The position numbers and the translations under genes were made by a program. From Planctomycetota bacterium (GTDB lineage Bacteria > Planctomycetota > UBA1135 > UBA2386), in assembly GCA_965223545.1 (NCBI GenBank), contig OZ245006.1, positions 4,864,001 to 4,928,000 of the forward strand: 64,000 nucleotides of DNA, given 5' to 3'. Positions 39,074 to 48,123 of this stretch are shown here, in pieces. Each line of letters opens with the position of its first letter. The stretch's first letter is position 1. The notes beneath the pieces are model-generated. The model searched no databases, was not told the origin of the DNA, and worked only from the letters and a program-made list of their open reading frames with translations.

Positions 39074-40033
39074 TCACCCGTCCCACGGCGCCGTGGTGCC
39101 GACCACGGCGTGCTTTGGCACGCGCCGCAGCGCGAAACCCGCGATGAGGTCTGCCGGGCGGCAGGGGGTGTCGTCCGGCGCCAGGCCGGACAGTCGCGCC
39201 AGATGACCGACGACGGCGGTGGCCTCGACTCCGCGTTGCCGTAGGTGGCGGAGCGAGGTGTCGCCGTGCCGCTTGGCCAGGCGACGCCCGTCCTCGCCGA
39301 CCACGAGTGGGACATGGGCAAAGCGCGGCGGCGCTGCGCCGAGGGCGCGGTAGAGCAGCAGCTGGCGCGGTGTGGACGCCAGCAGGTCGTCGGCGCGCAG
39401 CACTTCGGTGACCCCGGTGGCGGCATCGTCGACGACGCAGGCGAGCTGGTAGGCGGGGCCGCCGTCGCGCTTGGCGATGACGAAGTCGCCGCGGATCCGT
39501 CCCGGCTGTCGGCCGCAGAAGGTGTCGTCGAATGGCATCGCGTCGGTGTCGACGCGGAAGCGCACGGCGGCTTCGCGGCCGGTTTGCGCAATGGCCTCCG
39601 CCATCGATGCGAATCTGTCCCGGCACGTGCCGGGATAGGGGGTCGCGTCCTGCCAGTCCTCGTGCGGCGCCGAGGCCGCCGCCTCGATCTCGGTCCGCGT
39701 GCACACGCACGGATAGGCCTCGCCGCTGGCGAGCAGGGCATCGACCGCGGCGCGGTAGCGCGGCAAGTGGTCGGATTGGCGCAGCGGCGCGCCGTCCCAG
39801 TCGAGCCCGAGCCAGCGAAGGTCGTCGAGCGCGGCGGCCTCAGCGCCGGCTTTGACGCGCGGGCCGTCGATGTCCTCGATGCGCATCCACAGCGAGCCCT
39901 TGGCTCTGCGGACGGATAGCCAGGCGAGCAGGAAGCTGCGGGCGTTGCCGAGGTGGAGGACGCCGGTGGGGCTCGGCGCCAGCCGGCCGACGAGTGGTGG
40001 CTCCGTTGGCGAGTGGTCGTCAGCGCGCGCCAT
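39074..40033 (-). CDS. gluQ: tRNA glutamyl-Q(34) synthetase
   Basis: GRLAPSPTG.LHLGN, RIEDID, YPC.CTR, YPGTCR, YQLA.VVDD, RLAKR; no anticodon-binding domain. Confidence 0.9.
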   Translation of the reverse strand: MARADDHSPTEPPLVGRLAPSPTGVLHLGNARSFLLAWLSVRRAKGSLWMRIEDIDGPRVKAGAEAAALDDLRWLGLDWDGAPLRQSDHLPRYRAAVDALLASGEAYPCVCTRTEIEAAASAPHEDWQDATPYPGTCRDRFASMAEAIAQTGREAAVRFRVDTDAMPFDDTFCGRQPGRIRGDFVIAKRDGGPAYQLACVVDDAATGVTEVLRADDLLASTPRQLLLYRALGAAPPRFAHVPLVVGEDGRRLAKRHGDTSLRHLRQRGVEATAVVGHLARLSGLAPDDTPCRPADLIAGFALRRVPKHAVVGTTAPWDG

Positions 40034-40121
40034 TCGCGGAGTCTATCCAGCCGTCGTCGCGACCCGTGCTGCTTTCGATCGTCGGCGGAGGTGCGCGGCG
40101 GGGTGTTAGGATGCCGCCACC

Positions 40122-41075
40122 TTGTCCTCGTCCACACCACCTGGCGAACCGGTGACCGAGACCGGCCTCGTGCTCCGCGTCGATGCCAAGGTGTGTCACG
40201 TCGAAGTCGCCGACACCGTCCACCCCCTGCCGCTGCGAGGACGGATGTTCGAGGGGGCCGCGGCGCGCCGCCAACCGGTGGCGGTGGGCGATCGTGTCGC
40301 CGTGCGTTTCACTGAGGACGGTGGTGTGATCGAGGAACGTCTGCCGCGTACCAGCAAGCTGTCGCGGGCACGGCGTGGGGCCGAGGGGCGCGAGCATGTC
40401 TTGGCCGCCAACATCAGCCTGGTCGTGGTCACCGCCGCGGTCGTGCGGCCCGAGTTCCAGCCGGAGCTCGTCGATCGCATCCTCGCTGGCGCCGAGGCCG
40501 AGAAGATCGAGGCAGTGCTGGTGATGACCAAGATCGACCGCGACCGGCGCGACCGGCGGAAGCCATGGGTCGACCTCTATCGCGCCCTGGGCTATCGCGT
40601 GTTCGAGACCAGCGTCGAGCCGGAGACGCGCACCGAGGAATCGCTGGCCGCGGTCGGCGCGCTGTTGCGCGCCAACGTGGCAGTGCTGTGTGGTGCCTCG
40701 GGCGTCGGCAAGTCGTCGTTGATCAACGCGCTCTGTCCGGGGCTCGACCTGCGGATCGGCAGCATGAGCCGCATCATGCAGGGCCGGCACACCACGACGC
40801 ATACCCAGCTCATCGCGTTGCCGGGAGGCGGCCACGTGCTGGACACGCCGGGGATTCGCGGCTTCGGTCTGTTCTTCATCGACCGCCAAGCCGTGCAGTT
40901 CCACTTTCGCGAGATCGCGCCGCTCGTGGGGCGCTGTGATTACCGCAACTGTCTGCATCAGGTCGAGCCGGGTTGCGCAGTGCGGGCGGCGCTCGAGGAG
41001 GGTGCGCTCGCGCCGAGTCGCTACGCGTCCTACCTCGCGCTCGTCGACGAGCTGTCCGAGCCCGCCGGCGGCTGA
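40122..41075 (+). CDS. rsgA: Ribosome small subunit-dependent GTPase A
   Basis: VGDRV, TKID, GASGVGKSSLIN, GRHTTT, DTPG, C.YRNC.H..EPGC zinc site. Confidence 0.95.
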   Translation: MSSSTPPGEPVTETGLVLRVDAKVCHVEVADTVHPLPLRGRMFEGAAARRQPVAVGDRVAVRFTEDGGVIEERLPRTSKLSRARRGAEGREHVLAANISLVVVTAAVVRPEFQPELVDRILAGAEAEKIEAVLVMTKIDRDRRDRRKPWVDLYRALGYRVFETSVEPETRTEESLAAVGALLRANVAVLCGASGVGKSSLINALCPGLDLRIGSMSRIMQGRHTTTHTQLIALPGGGHVLDTPGIRGFGLFFIDRQAVQFHFREIAPLVGRCDYRNCLHQVEPGCAVRAALEEGALAPSRYASYLALVDELSEPAGG

Positions 41076-41911
41076 CGCCCGGCGGCACCGAACACGCTGT
41101 CCAAATCGGCGAAGCCGCCGCGGTCGGCGAGGCCTTCGAAAGTGCCGTGTTCGACCAGCTCGTGTGCGGCGATGCGGAACGCATCCCAGGCCACCCGCGC
41201 AAGCGCAGAGCCCAGCGAGATGCGCCGCACGCCGAGCGCGGCGAGCGCGGCGACGCTGAGGCCGGCGCCCGGGCGCGAGACGAGCACGTTGACCGGCTTC
41301 GGCGCGACCGCGGCGACCAGGGCCCCGATGTGCTTGGGATCGCGCACGCCGGGCGCGTAGAGGCAATCGGCGCCGGCGTCCGCGAACGCGATCAGGCGGT
41401 CGAGAGCGGTGCGCAGTGGGTCGCGGTCGCCCACCAGCCAGGCTTCGCAGCGCGCCGTCAGCACGGCGCCGGGCAGGGTCGCGTCGCGCGCCGCGGCGGC
41501 CGCGCGCACCCGCTCGATGGCCAACGGCAGCTCGAACAGCGGCGCGGCCTCGTCGCCGGTGGAATCCTCGATCGACAGGCCGGCCGCGCCGGCGCGCAGG
41601 CATGCACCGACGTTGGCGTGCACGCCGTGCGGCTCGGTGGCATAGCCGTCCTGGAAGTCCACGTTGAGCGGCAGTGCGGTTGCACCGGCGATCGCGCGGA
41701 CGTGCTGCAGGACGTCGTCCAGCGGTAGGGCGGTGGGGAGATCGGGGCGGCCCAGCGAGTGGGCAAAGCCCGCCGATGTCGTCGCCAGCGCTTTGCAGCC
41801 GAGGCGGGCGAGATAGACCGCGCTGCCGACGTCCCAGGGGTTGGGCATCGCGAAACAGCCGGTGGTGTGCAGCCCGCGAAACCGCTGGGCCCGGGCGATC
41901 TCGGAGTTCAT
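41030..41911 (-). CDS. Isocitrate lyase/PEP mutase family protein
   Basis: PNPWDVGSA, ATTSAG, VDFQDGY, IED, ARCE, GADCLYAPG, RRISLG. Confidence 0.9.
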   Translation of the reverse strand: MNSEIARAQRFRGLHTTGCFAMPNPWDVGSAVYLARLGCKALATTSAGFAHSLGRPDLPTALPLDDVLQHVRAIAGATALPLNVDFQDGYATEPHGVHANVGACLRAGAAGLSIEDSTGDEAAPLFELPLAIERVRAAAAARDATLPGAVLTARCEAWLVGDRDPLRTALDRLIAFADAGADCLYAPGVRDPKHIGALVAAVAPKPVNVLVSRPGAGLSVAALAALGVRRISLGSALARVAWDAFRIAAHELVEHGTFEGLADRGGFADLDSVFGAAGRQPPAGSDSSSTSAR

Positions 41912-42492
41912 CGCGGAATCCGTGCTCTCTGGCGTGCGAAGCGCACGCCGATCATGCCGGTGATTCCCGCCAACACGGTCAGCACGGTGGCGACCACGGC
42001 GGGGACGTATTGTCGCATTCCGATCAGCTGCTCTGCCCTCGCCGCGCGTTCGGCCTCCGGCATCGGTTGGCCGGAGGCTTCGGCCCACTGGGCGATCATC
42101 TGCATCAGCTCGTGGCGCAAAGCGGTCGTGTCCACGCTGCGCAGCTCCAGGCTGGCGACGACCGCGACGCACAGCGAGCCGATGCCGACGGCGATGAAGG
42201 AGACGGCGAAGCCCTGACCGGGGGTGAGGCGCGGATCGCGCGATACCGCCAGCCACGCCGGAATCAGCCCGAGCGGGATCGCTTCGAACATGCAACAGCA
42301 GGACGCCGCGGCCGGGACGACGGCGGCCAACACGCTGACCATCAGCTGGGTCAAGACGGTGGTGATCGCGCCGATGACGATCGGGCCGGTCCAGCTGGGG
42401 GCCGGGCTGTCGGTTGAAGGTGGCGGCGTGTGCAAGGCGCGCGGCGCGACGGGGAAGCGGGTGGCGGGGGCGGACGGAGGCCCGCCGCTCAT
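41908..42492 (-). CDS. Hypothetical membrane protein
   Basis: About four hydrophobic helices and a CCC motif; overlaps the PEP-mutase-family start. Confidence 0.7.
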   Translation of the reverse strand: MSGGPPSAPATRFPVAPRALHTPPPSTDSPAPSWTGPIVIGAITTVLTQLMVSVLAAVVPAAASCCCMFEAIPLGLIPAWLAVSRDPRLTPGQGFAVSFIAVGIGSLCVAVVASLELRSVDTTALRHELMQMIAQWAEASGQPMPEAERAARAEQLIGMRQYVPAVVATVLTVLAGITGMIGVRFARQRARIPR

Positions 42493-42510
42493 GATCGCAC
42501 CGACTCGTCG

Positions 42511-42981
42511 TCAGGGCGAATACGTCGCGACTTTGTAGGCCCACGACACGAGCAGCAGCGCAGCGGTCCACAGCAGCAAGCGGCCGTGCGGCCACCGCGC
42601 CATGCGCTCGACCAACGGGCGGCCGGTGATGGCGGTGAGGGCGCCTTTCGCCGCCAGCCACAGGCCGGCCGCCGCGAGCGCGGCGCCGAACGGTTGTGCG
42701 ACGAGTGCCTGCAGCGGCTCCAGGTGGACCAGGTGGGCCGCGGCGGTGGTCACTCCGCAAGTCGGGCAGGGCATGCCGACCGCGCCCGGCCACGAGCACG
42801 GCAGCATGCCGAGCTGCTCGTGGGTGCCGAAGCCGCGTGGATCCGGCTGGGTCGATCGCAGCAGGAGCGTGATGGCGGTGCCCGACGCGGCGAACGCGAT
42901 GCCGACGCAGCGGTCCCAGAGCACCGGAAACGGGGCCGGCAAGGCGCGGCTACCGGTCGCGTCGGTCGATCCCGCGGACAT
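42511..42981 (-). CDS. DUF2752 family membrane protein
   Basis: GTHEQLG..PC......G.PCPTCG.TTA...QPFG. Confidence 0.85.
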   Translation of the reverse strand: MSAGSTDATGSRALPAPFPVLWDRCVGIAFAASGTAITLLLRSTQPDPRGFGTHEQLGMLPCSWPGAVGMPCPTCGVTTAAAHLVHLEPLQALVAQPFGAALAAAGLWLAAKGALTAITGRPLVERMARWPHGRLLLWTAALLLVSWAYKVATYSP

Positions 42982-43015
42982 CCGGCCAAGCATAGAGTGG
43001 GCGGCGCGTTTTGCG

Positions 43016-43585
43016 TCACTCGGGCTCGAAGCCGGCGCGCCGGATGTTGGTCTCCCACGCCTGCAGCGCGCGCCGGTACAGCGAGTGCACCGCGGTCTCG
43101 GAGCGGCCGAGTCGGCGGGCGGCGGCGGCGGCGGAGAGGCCCTCCAGCTGCCGCAGCGCCAGGACGCGGCGGTGGTCGGGCGGGAGCGCGGCGAAGGCCT
43201 GCTCGATCGCGTGCTCGATCTCCGCCACGCCGGCGCGGGTGCGCGGTCCAGGCGTGCGCGCCGCGGGGTCGTGCCCGGCCCGGCTCCAGTCGCTGCGCGC
43301 CAGCCGCTCCTCGCCGCCGCGCCGCTTGGCCGCGCGCAGCGCGCGGGCGAAGTCGATGACCGTGTGGCGCGCGATCTGCGCCAGCAGGCGGCCCAGGCTG
43401 GCGTCGTCGTCGGTGGCGGGCAGCGTGTCGCGGCGCGCGAGCGCGCGCAGGTAGACTTCCTGCAGGAGATCGTCGACCTCGACGCGTGCGCGGATCGCGC
43501 GTCCCGCGAGGTGGCGCAGGAGCAGCCGCAGGCGGCGTTCGTGGGCGGCCAAGCGAGGGCCGAGGTCACTGGGGGTCAGGCTCAT
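43016..43585 (-). CDS. ECF sigma-70 factor
   Basis: RARVEVDDLLQEV, IARH..ID..R...AAKR, LPPDHRRVL.LR..EGL....A..LGRS. Confidence 0.88.
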   Translation of the reverse strand: MSLTPSDLGPRLAAHERRLRLLLRHLAGRAIRARVEVDDLLQEVYLRALARRDTLPATDDDASLGRLLAQIARHTVIDFARALRAAKRRGGEERLARSDWSRAGHDPAARTPGPRTRAGVAEIEHAIEQAFAALPPDHRRVLALRQLEGLSAAAAARRLGRSETAVHSLYRRALQAWETNIRRAGFEPE

Positions 43586-43760
43586 CTTTGCCCGCTGTCA
43601 TTGGAACGCGCGCCGGCTCGGTTCGCCACCGCGCCATTCTTGGGCCGCCCGACAGCCAGTCGGCCGCCTTGTGCCCGTGCGACGACACGTCGGCAGAACG
43701 GGATCCGGGGGCGAGGCGGATCGGTGGCGACCGAGCGCGCGGGCAGTGCTGCGGCTCCGT

Positions 43761-44342
43761 GTGGTGCACGGTGGGCAGGTGGTCGAAGGCGCTGCGCTGC
43801 TGGCGGCCATCGAGCCGCAACTGCAGCGCGCCGCGCACCGCTTGGTGCCGCGCGAGCTGCGTGCCAAGGTCTCGCCCGAGGATGTGGTGCAATCGGCATG
43901 GGTCGAGGTGTGCACGTCGATCGCATCGTTCCGTGGGCGGACACTGCGGGAGTTCGAGAGTTGGGCGTTGACGATCCTGTTGCGGCGTGGAGCGGATGTG
44001 CGGCGCACGCTGTTTGCGAACAGTCGCAGTGCCGACCGAGAGCAGGCGATCTGCGGCGATCCCGTCGCGGCGACGCCGACACCGCAGCAAGTGGCGGTGC
44101 ACCGCGAGCGGCTGCGCACGGTGTCCGTGGTCCTGCGCCGGATGCCGCGCGATCAGCGCCGCGTGCTGATCTGGTCTCTGGGCGCGGAGCTGTCGCATCG
44201 CGAGGTGGCGGCGCGGCTGGGTCGCAGCGTCGGGGCTTGTCGCGTGCTGTTGGCCAGGGCGCGGGCCCGGTTGCGCACCGAGCTCGGCGCGACTGTCGTG
44301 GATCTCCCGGGCAAAGATGGAGCCGGTCGATCCGCCGGTTGA
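43761..44342 (+). CDS. ECF sigma-70 factor
   Basis: LRAKVSPEDVVQ, FRG....F..W, LSHREVAARLGRS...R.LL.RAR. Start uncertain. Confidence 0.82.
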   Translation: MVHGGQVVEGAALLAAIEPQLQRAAHRLVPRELRAKVSPEDVVQSAWVEVCTSIASFRGRTLREFESWALTILLRRGADVRRTLFANSRSADREQAICGDPVAATPTPQQVAVHRERLRTVSVVLRRMPRDQRRVLIWSLGAELSHREVAARLGRSVGACRVLLARARARLRTELGATVVDLPGKDGAGRSAG

Positions 44343-44374
44343 CGCGGCTGTGGATCCTGCGATCCAGTGCACGG

Positions 44375-45898
44375 ATGCCGAGCGCGCGCCGTCGACCCGC
44401 TTTCTTGCCTGAATTGGTCACCGCGGTGTGCTGTGGGCTTCCCTCGGTCGCCGCGAGCCCGCGCGCCCAACCGCCGGCACCGTTGGTCATCGACGTGCAC
44501 GCGCATCTGTTCAACGGCGAGGACGTGCCCGTGCAGGGCTTTCTCGACAAGGTGCTGCTGCACGAGGAGCACGGCGACGAGCGCCGCATGCTCCGGCCGC
44601 TCACCGCGGCGGTGCACCACTGGATCGTCTTCTTCGCCGACAGTCACGAGCGCGAGCTGCGCGCGCTCGACGCCGAGCTGGCAGAGCGTGAGCACACCGG
44701 CCCGCCGCCGGTGCCGCCGCTGACGTTGTCGCCGGCCGAGGCATTGCGCCGCGCGGGTGTGTTGACGGAGGAGGTCGAGGATGTCAGCGCGACCGCCGTC
44801 GAGCAGGCGACGGTCGCCATCGACCCGGGTGGGTTTTGGCGCGGCGTGCAACGGCGCTGGGGCCGCGTCCTCGACGTCGCCAAGCCCTACAGCTACGTGC
44901 GCCGCTTCACCGCGGCGCGGTATGACAACGCCAAGACTCTGCTCGACTGGCACGGCGACCATGGCGTCGATGTGTTCGTCGCGGCGATGGTCGACCTCGA
45001 CTTCTGGCTGGAGGGGCGCGCGGTGTCGCGGCTGGAGGAGCAAATCGAGATCATGGCCAAGATCGCGCTGCTCACCGAGGGGCGCGTGCTGCCGTTCGTC
45101 GCATTCGACCCCTTCCGCGATGCGGTCAGCGGCGACCGCCGGGCTCTGCGGTTGGCGCAGCTGGCGGTGGAGAAGTACGGATGCGTCGGCGTGAAGCTCT
45201 ACCCGTCGATGGGCTTCCGCCCGATCGGCAACGACGGCGCGATGTACGAGGCGGTTGTCGGCGACTCGATGTGGCGGCAGCTCGGCTACGAAGACGCCGA
45301 GTTCGCCGCTGCGATCGAGAGCGCGATGCACGGGCTGCTGGCCTGGTGCGAACGCGAGCAAGTGCCGGTGATGGCGCACTGCAACACCAGCAACGCTTCG
45401 CATCCGGTGTTCGTCGACGCCGCGCATCCGCGGCACTGGGCGCGGGTGCTGGCGCGGTACCCCGAGCTGCGGCTCAACCTCGCGCACTTCGGTGGCGCGA
45501 GCTCGCTGTTGCAGGACGACGACGATTGGGCCGAGCACATCATCGCCTTGATGGCCGAGCACGACGGTGTCTTTGCCGACTTCGGCAACTTCAAGCTACG
45601 CGCCGCCGACGACATCGCGCCCTACTTCACCGTCCTGCGCACCGTGCTCGAGCAGGAGCCCGAAGTCGGCCAGCGCTTGATGTACGGAAGCGACTGGTTC
45701 ATGCACGCCGCCCGGAGCTACAGCAAGCACTACCCGGACCGGTTTCGCACCGCCGTGCGCAAGAACCTCCCAGAGCTCGAAGCCGCGATCATGGGCGGCA
45801 ACGCGGCGCGCTTCCTGGGCCTCCGCCCCGGCGATCGCGCCTACGCCAGGCTGCGCGCGTTCTACGACCACCACGCCATCCGGCCCCACTGGCGATAG
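44375..45898 (+). CDS. Amidohydrolase-family protein
   Basis: IDVHAH, FDP, GVKLYP.MG, AHC, LAHFGG, MYGSDW, GGNAARFLG. Confidence 0.88.
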   Translation: MPSARRRPAFLPELVTAVCCGLPSVAASPRAQPPAPLVIDVHAHLFNGEDVPVQGFLDKVLLHEEHGDERRMLRPLTAAVHHWIVFFADSHERELRALDAELAEREHTGPPPVPPLTLSPAEALRRAGVLTEEVEDVSATAVEQATVAIDPGGFWRGVQRRWGRVLDVAKPYSYVRRFTAARYDNAKTLLDWHGDHGVDVFVAAMVDLDFWLEGRAVSRLEEQIEIMAKIALLTEGRVLPFVAFDPFRDAVSGDRRALRLAQLAVEKYGCVGVKLYPSMGFRPIGNDGAMYEAVVGDSMWRQLGYEDAEFAAAIESAMHGLLAWCEREQVPVMAHCNTSNASHPVFVDAAHPRHWARVLARYPELRLNLAHFGGASSLLQDDDDWAEHIIALMAEHDGVFADFGNFKLRAADDIAPYFTVLRTVLEQEPEVGQRLMYGSDWFMHAARSYSKHYPDRFRTAVRKNLPELEAAIMGGNAARFLGLRPGDRAYARLRAFYDHHAIRPHWR

Positions 45899-45963
45899 TA
45901 CGGAGCCAGGCTCCATTCCATCACGCTAACTGAAGGTTCGGAGCCTGGCTCCGTACCTTCAGT
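45898..45963. repeat. REP-like nested palindromes between convergent genes
   Basis: GTACGGAGCCAGGCTCC (45898-45914) and its exact reverse complement (45940-45956); 45929-45963 is itself a near-perfect 35-nt hairpin. Confidence 0.8.
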
Positions 45964-47528
45964 CAGCGCGGGAGGGGGGCGTCGCGTTGCGCGGTGTGCC
46001 AGACGAAGGCGGCCACGATGGTCGCCGCTTGCCGCAGGTCTCCGGCCACGGCGTGGTCCCAGTTGTCCATGTTGCTGTGGTGGGTGCGGGTGCTGTAGGC
46101 GACCCGGTCCTGGATGAATTGGAACCCCGGGATGCCGGCGCTGTCGAACGCCCGGTGGTCGGTGCCGCCGGTGTTGTCCAGGGTCACCGTCGAGGCGTCG
46201 AGGTCGTGGAACGGGCGCAACCAGGCGCGGAAGATCGGCATCACCGCGGCGTTGCTCTGCGTGTAGATCCCACGGATGGCGCCGGTGCCATTGTCGAGGT
46301 TGAAGTAGCCGCTGATCTGCGAGTGCGCGGGCGTCGGCTCCTCGGCGCTGCCGAAGTGTCGGGCCACGTAGGCGCGCGACCCCAGCAGGCCCTGCTCCTC
46401 GCCGCTCCACAACGCGATGCGGATGGTGCGGCGCGGCGGCGTGCCGCGGCGGTCCACCAGCGTCTGCAGCAGGCGCGCTGCTTCCATCATCACCGCGCTG
46501 CCGGCGCCGTTGTCGGTCGATCCGGTGCCCGAATGCCACGAGTCGAAGTGCGCGCCGAGCATCACCACCTGGTCGCGCAGCGCGCCACCCGGGATCTCGG
46601 CGATGACATTGCGCTCCATGAGGTCGTCATCGGTGAAGGTCGTGCGCAGCTCCATCGCCACGCGCACCGGCAGTCCCTTGCGCAACAGGCGGCACATGCG
46701 GTTGTAGTGCTCCACCGCCAGGGTCATCTGCGGAATGACGTGGTGATCGCCCGGCGCCCAGGCGCGCGGCCGCTGCGCGCGCGGCGTGCCCGGCGGCGAG
46801 GCCACCGACGCGCTGGTGACGAAGATCGTGCCGTAGTCGCCCTTGTAGGACCGGTCGAGGATGGCCAGCGGCTTCTTGCTCTCGACCAGCTGGCGGACCG
46901 CGCGGCTGCGGTTGAAGCCGCGCGCGAAGCTGACGTCGCCGGGCCCCAAACCGGTGGCGCGCCGGCTGTCCGCCAACGCCAGCAGCGACTCGGCGTCGTG
47001 TCGCTTGGCGGGCGCTTCGAACGGCTCGGACACCTCGCGCGGCTCCTCGATCAGCACGATCTTGTCGGTCAAGTCCATCGCCTCGACGGCTTCGGCTTCC
47101 AGACCGGCGATGAGCACCACGTCGGCTTCGATCAGGCCGTCGGTGGCCGGCGACCACGCCTTGGGCCACGCGTGCACCGGCCACGGGTTGTCGCCGATCA
47201 CGTCCATGTGGAAGTGGTCGAGTCGCCAGCCCATGCCGAACGGCCCCCATTCTTCGGTGTGCGCGTTCTGCAACCCGAAGCTCGCGAGGGTCTCCACCGC
47301 CCACTGTTGCGCGCGGCGCAGGTTCGGCGAGCCGGTCAGCCGCGGGCCGTGCACGTCGCAGATCCAGCTGAGCAGCTCCATGACCTGGCTCTGCTCGAGA
47401 CCCTGCTCGCGCAGCAGCGCGATCGCGTCCTCGTCGATCGGCTCGCCGGTTTGGGCGGTCAGCGGTGCCGCGGCGATGGTCGCGGCGAGAACGGGGGCGA
47501 GAATGTGGTGGGGGAGCGTTCCGTGCAC
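45963..47528 (-). CDS. M28-family secreted aminopeptidase/carboxypeptidase
   Basis: GPRLTGSP, GAHFDSW, DNGAG, GEEQGLLGS, NLDNG, TDH, HHSNMD. Confidence 0.92.
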   Translation of the reverse strand: MHGTLPHHILAPVLAATIAAAPLTAQTGEPIDEDAIALLREQGLEQSQVMELLSWICDVHGPRLTGSPNLRRAQQWAVETLASFGLQNAHTEEWGPFGMGWRLDHFHMDVIGDNPWPVHAWPKAWSPATDGLIEADVVLIAGLEAEAVEAMDLTDKIVLIEEPREVSEPFEAPAKRHDAESLLALADSRRATGLGPGDVSFARGFNRSRAVRQLVESKKPLAILDRSYKGDYGTIFVTSASVASPPGTPRAQRPRAWAPGDHHVIPQMTLAVEHYNRMCRLLRKGLPVRVAMELRTTFTDDDLMERNVIAEIPGGALRDQVVMLGAHFDSWHSGTGSTDNGAGSAVMMEAARLLQTLVDRRGTPPRRTIRIALWSGEEQGLLGSRAYVARHFGSAEEPTPAHSQISGYFNLDNGTGAIRGIYTQSNAAVMPIFRAWLRPFHDLDASTVTLDNTGGTDHRAFDSAGIPGFQFIQDRVAYSTRTHHSNMDNWDHAVAGDLRQAATIVAAFVWHTAQRDAPLPR

Positions 47529-47580
47529 TGGGTCCTCGAGCGGTGGCGAGAGAGAGCGCCGAGGATACCCGGGTTCAGCC

Positions 47581-48123
47581 TCAGCCGCGGCTGAAGTCGT
47601 AGACGTAGGACAGCTTGTCCTTGCGCACGATGATGTACGGCAGCGACTCCAAGACCTTGAGCTGATCGTTGGCCTCGATGTTGAGGCCGCGGATCTTGGG
47701 GTCCTGCATCACGAAGTACCAGTGCCGCGACTTGTGCATCTGGTAAGCGCCGCGGTCGATCAGGCCGGCGAGCTCGAGCTGCACGTTGCCGCTGTGGAAC
47801 GCGCGGATCCGCACGCTCTTCTGGTTGGTTGCCAGCTGCCGCATGCCGTCGTCGCTGGCCGTGTCGACGAGCTCGTGGGCGAAGATGATTTCGCTGCGGT
47901 TGACCATCACGCTGGGCGTGCGGATCACTTCGCCGCCGCGCAGCGACACCATCGTCGCCTCTTCGATCGCCAAGAACGTGTGGTCGGCGTCTTCCAGCAT
48001 CTTGCGCAGGCGCTGGTACTTGTTGGCGATGCGCCCCTTGATCAAGAAAGCACCGGTGAGGAAGAGGTCCTCGACGATCGCCGGGATCGTCGCCGGGCTG
48101 CCGGGGTTGGGCTGGCTGTTCAT
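47581..48123 (-). CDS. Hypothetical protein with two DUF6812-like beta domains
   Basis: I.G.I....RL..ML....FL.I..A...VN...I in the first half and a similar second half; overlaps the folC stop. Confidence 0.6.
   Translation of the reverse strand: MNSQPNPGSPATIPAIVEDLFLTGAFLIKGRIANKYQRLRKMLEDADHTFLAIEEATMVSLRGGEVIRTPSVMVNRSEIIFAHELVDTASDDGMRQLATNQKSVRIRAFHSGNVQLELAGLIDRGAYQMHKSRHWYFVMQDPKIRGLNIEANDQLKVLESLPYIIVRKDKLSYVYDFSRG

Noticed and set aside
41030..41075. 46-bp convergent overlap of rsgA and the PEP-mutase-family gene
   Set aside because: Short tail-to-tail overlaps are common in GC-rich genomes; nothing indicates a function.
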